NCBI GenBank assembly: GCA_965367675.1
Contig: CBDUJZ010000010.1
Location: 175-64,174 of the forward strand
Source: an uncultured Myxococcales bacterium
GTDB lineage: Bacteria; Myxococcota_A; Bradymonadia; REDH01
DNA length: 64,000 nucleotides
Direction of reading: 5' to 3'
Under the pieces are notes generated by a model, which was given only the letters and a program-made list of their open reading frames with translations, did no database searches and was not told the DNA's origin. This document shows, in pieces, positions 9,429 to 18,788 of this stretch. A program made the position numbers and the translations under genes. Positions within the stretch are counted from its first letter, which is position 1. Every line of letters starts with the position of its first letter.

Positions 9429-10336
9429 GCGGTGCGCGTCTGCGCGCCGGCCAGCGCGTCGCGGAGCATCTTCATGCCCTCGCGCAGCGGCACGCGCGCC
9501 TTCCAGTCGAGCTCGTCCGCGGCCCGCGCGGGGTCGCCGTGGAACACCGAAACGTCGAAGTCTCGCGCCGGGTATTCGGTGCACTCCGCGTCGTCGCTGC
9601 CCAGGTCGACGGCGAGCCGCGCGAGCTGACCGAGCGATGTCGGGACGCCGGTGACCAGGTGCACGGGCGGGGGCAGGGGGCCGGTGCCGCTCATGCGGTT
9701 GATCAACGCGCAGAGTCCGCGTGCGACGTCCGATAAGTGTACGAAGTCAAAGGTGTTTCCGCCGCCTTCGACGCGCAGCTCTCCGCCGGCCATCGCGGCG
9801 CGAAGGAACGCGGGGATCACGCGGTCGACGTGGTCGTCCGCGGCGCCGTACACGTTCGACAGGCGGACCGTGGCGGCGCGAATGCCCTCCGCGGCCGCTT
9901 CGCGAATCATGTCCTCGCCCGCCACTTTGGAGCGGCCGTACACGTTGATCGGCCGCAGCGGTGTGTCCTCGGTCGCGGGCAACTCGGCCACGTGTCCGTA
10001 CACCTCGCGGCTGCTCGCGAACAGCACCCACGGCGGCTTCTCGCGCCGGCGCGCGGCGGCCAGAATATTGCGAATTCCGCCCACGTTCGTGCCTTCGCAG
10101 AGCGCGGGATCCGCCTCGGCCCAGGCGACGCGAGAGACCGCCGCGAGGTGCAGCACGCCGTCACAGTCCGCCATGCGGCTCTCGATGTACTCCGCGTCGC
10201 GCACGTCGCCGAGATCGCTGCCATGACCCAGAAGATCGCAGCCGACGACTTTGTAGCCGAGCGCGCGCAGCGCGGGTCGTGTGGCGGCTCCCACGAGGCC
10301 CGATGAGCCAGTGATGAGGATCTTTCCGTGCATCGG
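9410..10336 (-). CDS. NAD-dependent epimerase/dehydratase (UDP-sugar 4-epimerase-like SDR)
   Basis: Rossmann motif GSSGLVG and YGRSK (YxxxK) catalytic motif. The start was chosen at MHGKILITG; the ORF track begins 13 codons earlier. Confidence 0.75.
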   Translation of the reverse strand, partial: PMHGKILITGSSGLVGAATRPALRALGYKVVGCDLLGHGSDLGDVRDAEYIESRMADCDGVLHLAAVSRVAWAEADPALCEGTNVGGIRNILAAARRREKPPWVLFASSREVYGHVAELPATEDTPLRPINVYGRSKVAGEDMIREAAAEGIRAATVRLSNVYGAADDHVDRVIPAFLRAAMAGGELRVEGGGNTFDFVHLSDVARGLCALINRMSGTGPLPPPVHLVTGVPTSLGQLARLAVDLGSDDAECTEYPARDFDVSVFHGDPARAADELDWKARVPLREGMKMLRDALAGAQTRTAYGSPR

Positions 10337-10448
10337 GTGCGACCGGGTGCGCGAGCGACAATTCAACTGCTCCATCGGCTATCAGACCGGCTGGACGTTG
10401 CACACCCCTTTCGACTTTCACCACAGCCGTCAAACCGCACACTGACAG

Positions 10449-12647
10449 GTGCGTTGGGCCGGTATGTGCGGTAGACGCGATCGCGTGTCTCAGCCTTCCC
10501 AGCCCGCGTCCCGGTACCAACTCAATCGTCTCATCGCCCGCGGTGGCATGGGCGAGGTGTGGACCGCTGTGCTCAATGGCGCCGCCGGCTTCGAGAAGAC
10601 CATCGCCGTAAAGCGGGTGCTGGCCCACCTCGAGGAGGACCCCGAGTTCCTGGCGCGGTTCTTCGACGAAGCCCGCATCGCCGCCTCGCTCACGCACGGC
10701 AACATCGTCTCGGTGTTCGACCTGGGCGTCGACGACGAGGGCACGTTCTTCCTCGCCATGGAGTGGATCGACGGCTGGGACCTGCGCAAAGTGGTGCGCA
10801 TCCTGGCCGCCAGCGGCGACACCGTCCCGCCGGACGTGGCCGCCCGCATCGCCGCCGACCTGTGCAACGCGCTCGGCTACGCCCACACCCGCCGCGACGC
10901 CGCCGACCGCCCGCTGCGCATCGTGCACCGCGACGTGTCCCCGTCCAACGTGCTGCTGTCGCGTGCCGGCGGCGTCAAACTCACCGACTTTGGCATCGCG
11001 TCCGCCCGCGAGCGCACCGGCCGCACCGCCACCGGCCAGCTGCGCGGAAAATTCGCGTATATGTCGCCCGAGCAGGCCAGCGGCAAACCCGTGGATCCCC
11101 GCTCCGACCTGTTCGCCGTCGGCGCGCTGCTGTTCGAGATGCTGTCCGGCAAGAAAGCGTTCGACGGCGACTCCGACCTCGACACGCTCGACCGCGTGCG
11201 CACCGGAAACCGGCAATCGGTGGCCGCGGCGTGCGCCCAAACGACGCCCGAGGTCCCCGCCGCCTTGCTCGAGATCTGCGAGAAGGCCCTGTCCGTGGAT
11301 CCCGCCGCCCGGTTCCAGAGCGCCGAGGCGATGGAAGACGCGCTGCGGGCGCTGATCGCCACCGAGTGGGGCGCCCTCGGAGCCTCGCGCGTGCGCACCT
11401 GGGCCCGCGAACGCCTCGGCTCCGACCCGCTGCTGCGCGCCCAAGAGCGACCGGGCGGCGCGAACCTGGACGACCTGCTCAACGCCCAACTCGACCTCGG
11501 CCCCGAAGTGGCCACGCCGAGCAACACCGACAGCAAAAGCATCCCGCTGATCAACGCCGCGTGGAGCGGCATGGGCGCGCCGGCTGCGAGTGGAATCGGG
11601 CCCGCGTCGGCCAGCGGACGCCAACACCTGACGGTCACCCAGAGCACGCTGCCCCCGCCCCCTCGCCGCCGCAGCCGCGCGCCGATCGCCGTGGCCGTCT
11701 CCCTGCTGGTGCTGCTCGGCCTGCTCGGCGCTGGCGTCGCGTATCAGCAGCGCAGCGCGCCAACGCTGGTGGTGGAGAGCGATCCGCCAGGCGCCCAGGT
11801 GTACGTCGATGGCGTGCCGTCCGGCGTCACCGCGCTGCACCTGCGCTTGCCCACGGGGACGCACGAAATCAGTGTGCGCCTGCCGGGCTACGCCCACGAA
11901 ACCGCGTCCGTTTCGCTCGAACGCGGACGGTCCGAGGCGCTGGAGTTTGAGCTGCGCGCCGGCGATCGCCCCGTGGCGTTCCACAGCTTCCCGGCCGGCG
12001 CGTTGGTGACGGTCGGTGACACGCAAGTGCCCGCCGGTAATAGTGTTTCTGTTCCAGTCGGTGTGCCGGTCATGATCGAGATGGAGCTCGAAGGCCACGC
12101 GCCGTTGCGCGAAGAAGTGGTGTTCGACTCTACCTCCTCCGTGCTCACCCGACGCCTCGTTCCACTGGAAGCCGTCGCCGCCGGTTCAGGCGCCGGATCA
12201 GACGCCGCGGGCTCTGAGACTGCGGGCGCCGTCCCCGATGCGGAAGGCTCCGCGCTCGCCGCTGTGAACTCGGCCGGTCGTGAGCCGTCGGGATCGCGCA
12301 CGGAACAACGGCCGGACAGCCCCCGCACACCCCCGGATTCCGCGCCCGACACCACCCGCGTCGCCACGTCCGACACCACCCGCGCCGACGCTGGAAGCAC
12401 CGGCGGGACCGAGGCCGAGGGGCTGCCGGGGCATATCACCCTGCGGTTCGTCGAGGCGCCCATGGTGGGCCGCATCAGCATCGACGGCCACGACCGCGGC
12501 ACCAACCACGACCTGCGCGCCGTGTTCGAGCTGCCGCCCGGCGAACATCAGGTGGAGGTCGAAAACACGGCCGCAGGTGTGCGATACTCCCGCACGGTGC
12601 GCATCGAAAGTGGTGCCACCGAGACGCTCTCCGTGGACTGGCAATGA
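10449..12647 (+). CDS. Ser/Thr protein kinase with C-terminal PEGA domains
   Basis: Hanks kinase motifs (GGMGEVW, HRDVSPSNVLL, DFGIA, SPEQ). A TM segment is followed by PEGA-like repeats (PPGAQVYVDGVPSG…, FPAGALVTVGD…). Confidence 0.8.
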   Translation: MRWAGMCGRRDRVSQPSQPASRYQLNRLIARGGMGEVWTAVLNGAAGFEKTIAVKRVLAHLEEDPEFLARFFDEARIAASLTHGNIVSVFDLGVDDEGTFFLAMEWIDGWDLRKVVRILAASGDTVPPDVAARIAADLCNALGYAHTRRDAADRPLRIVHRDVSPSNVLLSRAGGVKLTDFGIASARERTGRTATGQLRGKFAYMSPEQASGKPVDPRSDLFAVGALLFEMLSGKKAFDGDSDLDTLDRVRTGNRQSVAAACAQTTPEVPAALLEICEKALSVDPAARFQSAEAMEDALRALIATEWGALGASRVRTWARERLGSDPLLRAQERPGGANLDDLLNAQLDLGPEVATPSNTDSKSIPLINAAWSGMGAPAASGIGPASASGRQHLTVTQSTLPPPPRRRSRAPIAVAVSLLVLLGLLGAGVAYQQRSAPTLVVESDPPGAQVYVDGVPSGVTALHLRLPTGTHEISVRLPGYAHETASVSLERGRSEALEFELRAGDRPVAFHSFPAGALVTVGDTQVPAGNSVSVPVGVPVMIEMELEGHAPLREEVVFDSTSSVLTRRLVPLEAVAAGSGAGSDAAGSETAGAVPDAEGSALAAVNSAGREPSGSRTEQRPDSPRTPPDSAPDTTRVATSDTTRADAGSTGGTEAEGLPGHITLRFVEAPMVGRISIDGHDRGTNHDLRAVFELPPGEHQVEVENTAAGVRYSRTVRIESGATETLSVDWQ

Positions 12648-14026
12648 CCGACGACGTGACCCGCACAGTCCTGTTTGATCAGGGCACCGAATCGCTCCGC
12701 ATGAAGCGGTTCTTGCTCACGATCACGTCGCCCGACGGCAGCGCCGCGCACCGCGTGTTTGGCAGCCGCCGCGTCACGTTTGGCTCCAGCCCCGACAACG
12801 ACGTGGTGGTCGACGACCCCTCGGTGTCCCGCCGCCACTGCGAGCTGCAGGTCGAAGCGGCCGGCTACCGCCTAGTCGACCTCGACTCCAAGAACGGCAC
12901 GTTCCTCGGCGACGTCCGCGTGCGCGACGCGTACCTGCGCAGCGGCACCGCGATCGGCATCGGCGGCACCGTGGTGCGGTTCGAGACGACCGACGAAGAC
13001 GTCGAGGTGCTGCTCTCTGGGCGCACGCGTTTCGCCGGCCTGATCGGCGCGTCTGACGCCATGCGCGAGCTGTTCGCTTCGCTAGAGCGGGTGGCCGACA
13101 CCGACGCCCGCGTGCTGCTCGAGGGCCCGCCGGGCGTGGGTAAGGAGCACGCCGCCAATGGGCTGCACCGCTACAGCAGTCGGCGCGGCGGCGAATTCGT
13201 GGTGTTCGATTGCTCCGCGGTGGCGGCCGATCACGCAGAGGCGGAGCTGTTCGGCGATGAGTCTCTGGGCGACCAGGGCGGCATCGGCGCGCTCGAGGCC
13301 GCGGCCACGGGAACGCTATACTTGGTGGACCCCAGCGAGCTGAGCCCGGAGCTGCAGGCCCGGCTGGCCCGGGCGCTTAAGGCGGGCGAGTACCGGCGCG
13401 TGGGAGCCCAGCGCGCGTTCCCGCTGACGGCGCGCGTGATCACCGGTTCCGAGCGCAACCTGCGGGCCGACGTGGAGCGCAGCGACTTCCGCGACGACCT
13501 CTATTATCAGCTCGCCGTGGTGCACATCGCGCTGCCGGCGCTGCGCGAGCGTCCTGGCGACATCCCGGTGCTCGTGGAGCACTTTCTGCAGGCCGCCCGG
13601 GACGACACCGGCCGCGCCTCGCTCAACGTCACCTACGCGACCATGGAGCGGCTCAAGCAGCACCCGTGGCCGGGCAATGTGGCCGAGCTCCGCAACTTTA
13701 TCGAACGCGCGGTCGCGCTGTCGTCGCCCGACGAAGCGGCGGATGATGCGCGGTTCCTCAAGCCCGAAGCGCCGGCGGTGCTGGTCGACGAGCCCGCGCG
13801 CGCCGTCGACGCCCTGATGCGCTCCACCGGCGCCGACGCGGCGATGGCGTTCAAGGATGCAAAATCGCGCTTGATCGAGGCGTTTGAGCAGGCATATTGG
13901 CGCACCTTGTTAGAACGCACGGCGGGCAACGTGTCTGCGGCGGCGCGCATCGCAGGTGTGCACCGCAAGAGCGTCGAGTACATTCTCAAAAAACACGACA
14001 TCTCCCGTCGGGAGATCACACCGTAG
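12644..14026 (+). CDS. FHA-domain sigma54-dependent transcriptional activator (bEBP)
   Basis: N-terminal FHA domain (TFGSSPDNDVVVDDPSVSRRHCEL), AAA+ sigma54-interaction domain (GPPGVGKE, ELFGDE), and a C-terminal Fis-type HTH. ATGA overlap with the upstream kinase. Confidence 0.75.
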   Translation: MTDDVTRTVLFDQGTESLRMKRFLLTITSPDGSAAHRVFGSRRVTFGSSPDNDVVVDDPSVSRRHCELQVEAAGYRLVDLDSKNGTFLGDVRVRDAYLRSGTAIGIGGTVVRFETTDEDVEVLLSGRTRFAGLIGASDAMRELFASLERVADTDARVLLEGPPGVGKEHAANGLHRYSSRRGGEFVVFDCSAVAADHAEAELFGDESLGDQGGIGALEAAATGTLYLVDPSELSPELQARLARALKAGEYRRVGAQRAFPLTARVITGSERNLRADVERSDFRDDLYYQLAVVHIALPALRERPGDIPVLVEHFLQAARDDTGRASLNVTYATMERLKQHPWPGNVAELRNFIERAVALSSPDEAADDARFLKPEAPAVLVDEPARAVDALMRSTGADAAMAFKDAKSRLIEAFEQAYWRTLLERTAGNVSAAARIAGVHRKSVEYILKKHDISRREITP

Positions 14027-14033
14027 GCGACGC

Positions 14034-14666
14034 ATGTCTCACGGACCGTTTGGGCGCGCAGCAGAGCGCGCGGGCATTGTTTTCGACGACGAGATCACCG
14101 AGGCGCTGGAGGCGTTCGTCGCCCTGCTGTCCAAGCATGGCGCCCGGGCGAACCTGGTCGGCACCACCGAGCGCGCGCGCATCGCGGATGAGATCGTCAT
14201 GGACTCCGTCCGCATGGCCCCGCTGCTCACGCAGGCGGTCGGCAAGTCCGGGCGCTTCGTGGACATCGGCGCGGGCGCCGGCATCCCCACCATCCCCCTG
14301 CTGCTCGCCATGCCCGGCTGGCACGGCACCGCCGTGGAGCCCCGCGAGAAGCGCCGCACGTTCATGTCGTTCGCCCGCCGCGAGCTCGGCCTGCGCGACC
14401 GCTTCGTGATCGCCGATGGGCGGCTCGAAGACACCGGCACGTTGGTGTCCGACCCGCACGTGGAGCTCGGCTTCGACGCCGCGCTGTCCAAGGCGGTGCT
14501 CGAGCCCGAAGAGTGGATCCGCCGCGCGCAGCCGCTCCTCCACCCCAGGGGCATGGTCGGCGTGTGGCTCGGCGAGAGTTCTCAGCTGGAACGATCTCCC
14601 ACCCACGCGGCGGATTACGAGACAGAAAGCGGGTCTCGGCGCAGCGTGGCGCTCGTCGCCCGCTAA
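14034..14666 (+). CDS. rsmG: 16S rRNA (guanine527-N7)-methyltransferase RsmG (GidB)
   Basis: Typical RsmG N-terminus and SAM-binding motif (VDIGAGAGIPTIPL). Start taken at MSHGPF. Confidence 0.7.
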   Translation: MSHGPFGRAAERAGIVFDDEITEALEAFVALLSKHGARANLVGTTERARIADEIVMDSVRMAPLLTQAVGKSGRFVDIGAGAGIPTIPLLLAMPGWHGTAVEPREKRRTFMSFARRELGLRDRFVIADGRLEDTGTLVSDPHVELGFDAALSKAVLEPEEWIRRAQPLLHPRGMVGVWLGESSQLERSPTHAADYETESGSRRSVALVAR

Positions 14667-14738
14667 CGACCTCCGCATCACCGCTGGTCGACCCTTCGCG
14701 TGCGTGTTAGGCAGGGCTCCGAATCTCCAGGGTGAGTC

Positions 14739-15518
14739 ATGGCAAAAACGATCGCGGTTGCGAACCAAAAAGGAGGAGTCGGCAAGACCACCACGTCGGT
14801 CAACTTGGCGGCCTGTTTGGCGGCCATGCAGTACCGGACGCTGCTGCTCGACCTCGACCCGCAGGGCAACGCCACCTCTGGCGCTGGCTGCGAGCGTGAG
14901 GCCATGCACGGCTCCGTTTACGACGTGTTCTGTGGCACCGCCGGCCTGGCTGATATCGCCGTGCCGTCCGCCGTCGAGCTGCTGCACATCGCGCCCGCCA
15001 GCACCGACCTGGCCGGCGCCGAGGTCGAGCTCGTGGGCATGGACCAGCGCGAGACCGTGCTCCGCCGCGCCATCGCCGCCGCCGGCCCCGACTACGACTA
15101 CATCATCATCGACTGCCCGCCGTCGCTCGGCCTGCTGACCATCAACGCCCTGGTCGGCGCCGACAGCGTGCTCATCCCGATTCAGACCGAGTACTACGCC
15201 CTCGAAGGCCTCGCGCGTCTGCTCGACACCATCGAACTCGTGCGCCGGCAGCTCAACCCCGAGCTCGCCCTCGAAGGCCTCGTCCTCACCATGCACGACG
15301 GCCGCAACAACCTGTCGCGACAGGTCGAAGCCGAGGTCCGAGAGCACTTCGCCGAGCAAACCTACGTGACCGTGATCCCGCGTAACGTACGGCTCAGCGA
15401 GTCCCCCTCGTTCGGCGAGCCCATCATCATGTACGATATCCGCTCCGTAGGCGCCCGCAGCTACCTCGAATTGGCTCGAGAGTTCGTGGAGCGCGATGCC
15501 AACCGCCACGCTTCCTGA
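14739..15518 (+). CDS. parA: Chromosome-partitioning ATPase ParA
   Basis: Deviant Walker A KGGVGKTT; full-length ParA/Soj architecture. Confidence 0.9.
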   Translation: MAKTIAVANQKGGVGKTTTSVNLAACLAAMQYRTLLLDLDPQGNATSGAGCEREAMHGSVYDVFCGTAGLADIAVPSAVELLHIAPASTDLAGAEVELVGMDQRETVLRRAIAAAGPDYDYIIIDCPPSLGLLTINALVGADSVLIPIQTEYYALEGLARLLDTIELVRRQLNPELALEGLVLTMHDGRNNLSRQVEAEVREHFAEQTYVTVIPRNVRLSESPSFGEPIIMYDIRSVGARSYLELAREFVERDANRHAS

Positions 15519-16408
15519 TGAGCACTCGTAAATCGTCCAGTTCACGCCTGGGCCGCGGCCTCGGATCGCTGATCCCCACCGCGCCCACCCCCACCGCCGC
15601 CGACGCGCAGTACTTCTACTGCGACGTTGAACGCATCGACGCCATGCCCGGCCAGCCGCGGCGGCGCTTCGATCAAGAGCGGCTCGAGGAGCTCTCGACC
15701 TCCATCAAGGAGAGCGGGCTCATTCAGCCGCTCGTGGTGCGGGAGTCCGGCGAAGGCCGCTATGAGCTCATCGCTGGCGAACGCCGTCTGCGCGCGTCCA
15801 AGCTGGCAGGCCTTAAAGAGCTGCCCGTCGTGGTCCGCGAGGTCACCGACTCCAGCGCGTTCGCCCTGGCGCTCATCGAGAACATCCAGCGCGAGGACCT
15901 GAACCCCATCGAAGAGGCGCTCGCCTACGCGCGCTTGGTCGAAGAGCATGGGTTCACGCAAGAGGACCTGGCCACCCGCGTGGGCAAGAGCCGCCCGGCG
16001 GTCGCCAACTCGCTGCGCCTGCTCAAGCTCAGCCCCCTGGTCCGCGATCTGGTGTCCGACGGCCTGCTCTCCGCCGGCCACGCCCGCGCCGTGCTCAGCG
16101 TCGACGACGAGTACCAAGCGCCGCTCGCCGAGCGCATCATCACCGAGGGCCTCAGCGTGCGCCAAGCCGAGGAGCTCGCCCGCGCGTTCAAGAAGCTCGG
16201 CCCCGGCGAAACCCGCGACGGTGAAGCGCCCGTCACCCCGCGCGCAGTCGTACTCACGCCGCAACTCAAAGCCGTGCAGCGTCAGCTCATGGAGCGGCTC
16301 GGCGCCAAGGTCGTGCTGAGCAAGAAGGCGTCCGGCGCCGGCAGCATCGAAGTGCACTTCGCCGACGACGACGGCCTGCAGTCCATCCTCGACCAGATCT
16401 TCACCTAA
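15518..16408 (+). CDS. parB: Chromosome-partitioning protein ParB
   Basis: ParB box GERRLRAS, HTH, and C-terminal dimerisation region. Abuts parA. Confidence 0.9.
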   Translation: MSTRKSSSSRLGRGLGSLIPTAPTPTAADAQYFYCDVERIDAMPGQPRRRFDQERLEELSTSIKESGLIQPLVVRESGEGRYELIAGERRLRASKLAGLKELPVVVREVTDSSAFALALIENIQREDLNPIEEALAYARLVEEHGFTQEDLATRVGKSRPAVANSLRLLKLSPLVRDLVSDGLLSAGHARAVLSVDDEYQAPLAERIITEGLSVRQAEELARAFKKLGPGETRDGEAPVTPRAVVLTPQLKAVQRQLMERLGAKVVLSKKASGAGSIEVHFADDDGLQSILDQIFT

Positions 16409-16425
16409 GAAGCTGGCGCGAGATT

Positions 16426-17292
16426 CTAGCTGGGCGGCGTGTGCCGATCCAACAGCATGCGCACCGAGCCGATCGGCGTCTCGATGTCCACGCCTACCGG
16501 TAGCCGGCGCTCGTCGAGCGAGAACCAGCCGAGGCCCAAGTCTTCGGGCCCGCTGCTCAGCGAGTACACCGGCGGCAGCAACAGGTCGCTGGCGTAGGGC
16601 AGGCCGGGGAACGAGCCGAGCACCTCACGGGTGAACCGCATCTGCGCCACGTCCAGGATGCCGAGCTCGGTGTAGATCTCCGTGTGCTCTTCCACGCGCG
16701 CGCTCAGGCGGCTCAGCTTCCAGCCGTCGAACACGTGGTACACGTACTCGCGGCCCACCGAGAGGTCGCGGCTGCGCAGGTCGAGCATCCACGTGATGGC
16801 GTCGTGCGTGTCCGACGGCATGTAGCGCGCCTGCAGCCGGGTCGTCTCGGCGATGCGGTTGACCGTGCCCATGAAGCCGTCGTGGTCATACGACACCTCA
16901 TAGGTCCGCACGTTGCCGCGCTCGTCGATGCGCTTGGACGCCCACTCCGGCAGCCCGTCTTCCAGGTTCAGGTACGTCACCGCCTCATCGTGCATTGGGT
17001 ACACGTTGGCGAAGAACCCGACGCTGATCGAGAGCCCCTCCAGCGGCACCACACGCCCATGCTGTTCATGCTCGATGGGATGCCCGATCGCGACCGCACA
17101 GCGCGCCGCCTCAGACCCGAGCATCTCGATCGAATAGAACAGCTCCTCGCCGTACCACTCGAATCGCTCTTCGGCCGTATCCTGAGGGAATTCAGCCGTT
17201 TGCGCATGCAGGGTGCCGGGCGCCTGCAGGCCCAAAGTCAGCAGCAATGCGGCCGTCAGCAGCCCTGAGTTCAGTACGTTTCGTCGCGTCAT
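16426..17292 (-). CDS. Secreted hypothetical protein
   Basis: Signal peptide (MTRRNVLNSGLLTAALLLTLGLQAPGTLHAQ). Coding-like composition, no recognisable motif. Confidence 0.45.
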   Translation of the reverse strand: MTRRNVLNSGLLTAALLLTLGLQAPGTLHAQTAEFPQDTAEERFEWYGEELFYSIEMLGSEAARCAVAIGHPIEHEQHGRVVPLEGLSISVGFFANVYPMHDEAVTYLNLEDGLPEWASKRIDERGNVRTYEVSYDHDGFMGTVNRIAETTRLQARYMPSDTHDAITWMLDLRSRDLSVGREYVYHVFDGWKLSRLSARVEEHTEIYTELGILDVAQMRFTREVLGSFPGLPYASDLLLPPVYSLSSGPEDLGLGWFSLDERRLPVGVDIETPIGSVRMLLDRHTPPS

Positions 17293-17381
17293 TTGTCCGT
17301 CGCCATCCAGGAGGGAGGCGGCCAGCCTACCATAGTCCGCGCGCACGCGACGCATTCGAACGCGCATCTCCAACACGCCAC

Positions 17382-18788
17382 TTAGTCATCCTGAGCCAGC
17401 TTGCCTGGAGCGCAGCCGAAGGGGAGGACCGCCAGCGCGGCCCGCTGCAGCGCCGCCGCTTTCGACAGCGCCTCCTCGTACTCACCCTCCGGCGTCGAAT
17501 CCCACACCACGCCGCCTCCCACATTCCACCGCGCGATCTCATTCCACGCCTGCAGCGTGCGGATCACAACGCTGAATTCGCACGTGCCATCGAACCCGAG
17601 CCAGCCGATGGTCCCGCTGTATAACCCGCGCGGCTCGACCTCGAGCGACGCCAGCAGGTGGCACGCCGACACCTTGGGCGCGCCCGTCATGGACCCCGGG
17701 GGGAACACCGCCTGCAGCACCCGGAACGGCCCCACGTCGGCTCGCAGCTCGCCGGCCACGGTCGACGTCATCTGGTGCACGGTCGCGTAGTGCTCCACGG
17801 CGTACAGCTCGGGCACATGCACGGAGCCGAGCGTGCACACCCGACCCAGGTCGTTCCGCATCAGGTCGACGATCATCACGTTCTCGGCGCGGTCCTTCTC
17901 CGACTGGCGCAGCTCGTTCGCCAGCGCGGCGTCGCGGTCGGCGTCGGGGTCGCGCGGCCGCGTGCCCTTCATGGGCCGACACACCACGTCCCGCCCGTCG
18001 ATGCGGAGGAAACGCTCGGGGCTAGTCGACGCGGCCTCCAGCCGGCCGAGCTTCAGATAGGCGCCAAAGTCGCCGGGGCTGTTGGCCCGCAGCCGCAGGT
18101 AGGCGGGCGCGAGCGACGCCGGTCGTTCGAACCGCAGCGGGAACGTATAACAGGCTTGGTACACATCGCCGGCGGCGATGGCCTCGCGAATGGCGGCGAC
18201 GTTGCCTTGGTGAAGCGCGGCGTCTGGCGGCTCGTAGGCCCGCAGCGTCGCATCTTGCGGAGCGTTCGGCGGCTCACCGCACTGCGCTAGCCGCGACGCC
18301 CAGTGCGAGAGCAGCGCATCCGCCTCGGGATCGCTGGACGCCGAAACCACCAGCTCGGTGCGGCCCTCTTCGCTCACCAACGCCGCGCGCACGCGGTCGA
18401 ACCGAAGGATGGGGAACGGCAGCGCGTGCGCGGTGTTCGGCAGCCCGGGGTCGGCCAGAACGCCCGCCTCGTACGCTACGTATCCGACCCAGCCTAACGC
18501 TCCGCCGCTTGCCTGTGACTCGGCGGCGAAACAAACATCCGCCAGCGCCCAGAGCCCCGTGTCCGCCGCCGCCGTCTCGCGGGGTTCGCCGTCGGCGCTC
18601 CAATATTGCGCCACGTCGTTGTGCACCTCGAACGCCGTTTGCAATTGCAAACATAACAACGAGCGCCGCCCGAGGCCGCCGTCGCCGATCGCTGAGTCTA
18701 ACCAAACAACGTCGGTGTGTAGGGCATGGGTGAGCGCTTGCTCGAGTGTGCCCGAGAACGCGGCTCTACGGGTGACGATGGGGGTCAT
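17382..18788 (-). CDS. pabB: Aminodeoxychorismate synthase component I (chorismate-binding enzyme, PabB-like)
   Basis: Chorismate-utilising enzyme C-terminal signature (PPGSMTGAPKVSA…LYSGTIGW). Its start overlaps the stop of the upstream class-IV aminotransferase. Confidence 0.65.
   Translation of the reverse strand: MTPIVTRRAAFSGTLEQALTHALHTDVVWLDSAIGDGGLGRRSLLCLQLQTAFEVHNDVAQYWSADGEPRETAAADTGLWALADVCFAAESQASGGALGWVGYVAYEAGVLADPGLPNTAHALPFPILRFDRVRAALVSEEGRTELVVSASSDPEADALLSHWASRLAQCGEPPNAPQDATLRAYEPPDAALHQGNVAAIREAIAAGDVYQACYTFPLRFERPASLAPAYLRLRANSPGDFGAYLKLGRLEAASTSPERFLRIDGRDVVCRPMKGTRPRDPDADRDAALANELRQSEKDRAENVMIVDLMRNDLGRVCTLGSVHVPELYAVEHYATVHQMTSTVAGELRADVGPFRVLQAVFPPGSMTGAPKVSACHLLASLEVEPRGLYSGTIGWLGFDGTCEFSVVIRTLQAWNEIARWNVGGGVVWDSTPEGEYEEALSKAAALQRAALAVLPFGCAPGKLAQDD

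Noticed and set aside
10161-12098. 645-aa ORF on the minus strand antisense to the PEGA kinase
   Set aside because: Arg/Ala/Gly/Pro-rich, with a composition typical of out-of-frame translation in 70% GC DNA and no motifs. The plus-strand frame has unambiguous Hanks-kinase motifs.
14016-15545. 509-aa minus-strand ORF spanning rsmG and parA
   Set aside because: Antisense to two highly conserved genes and has no motifs.
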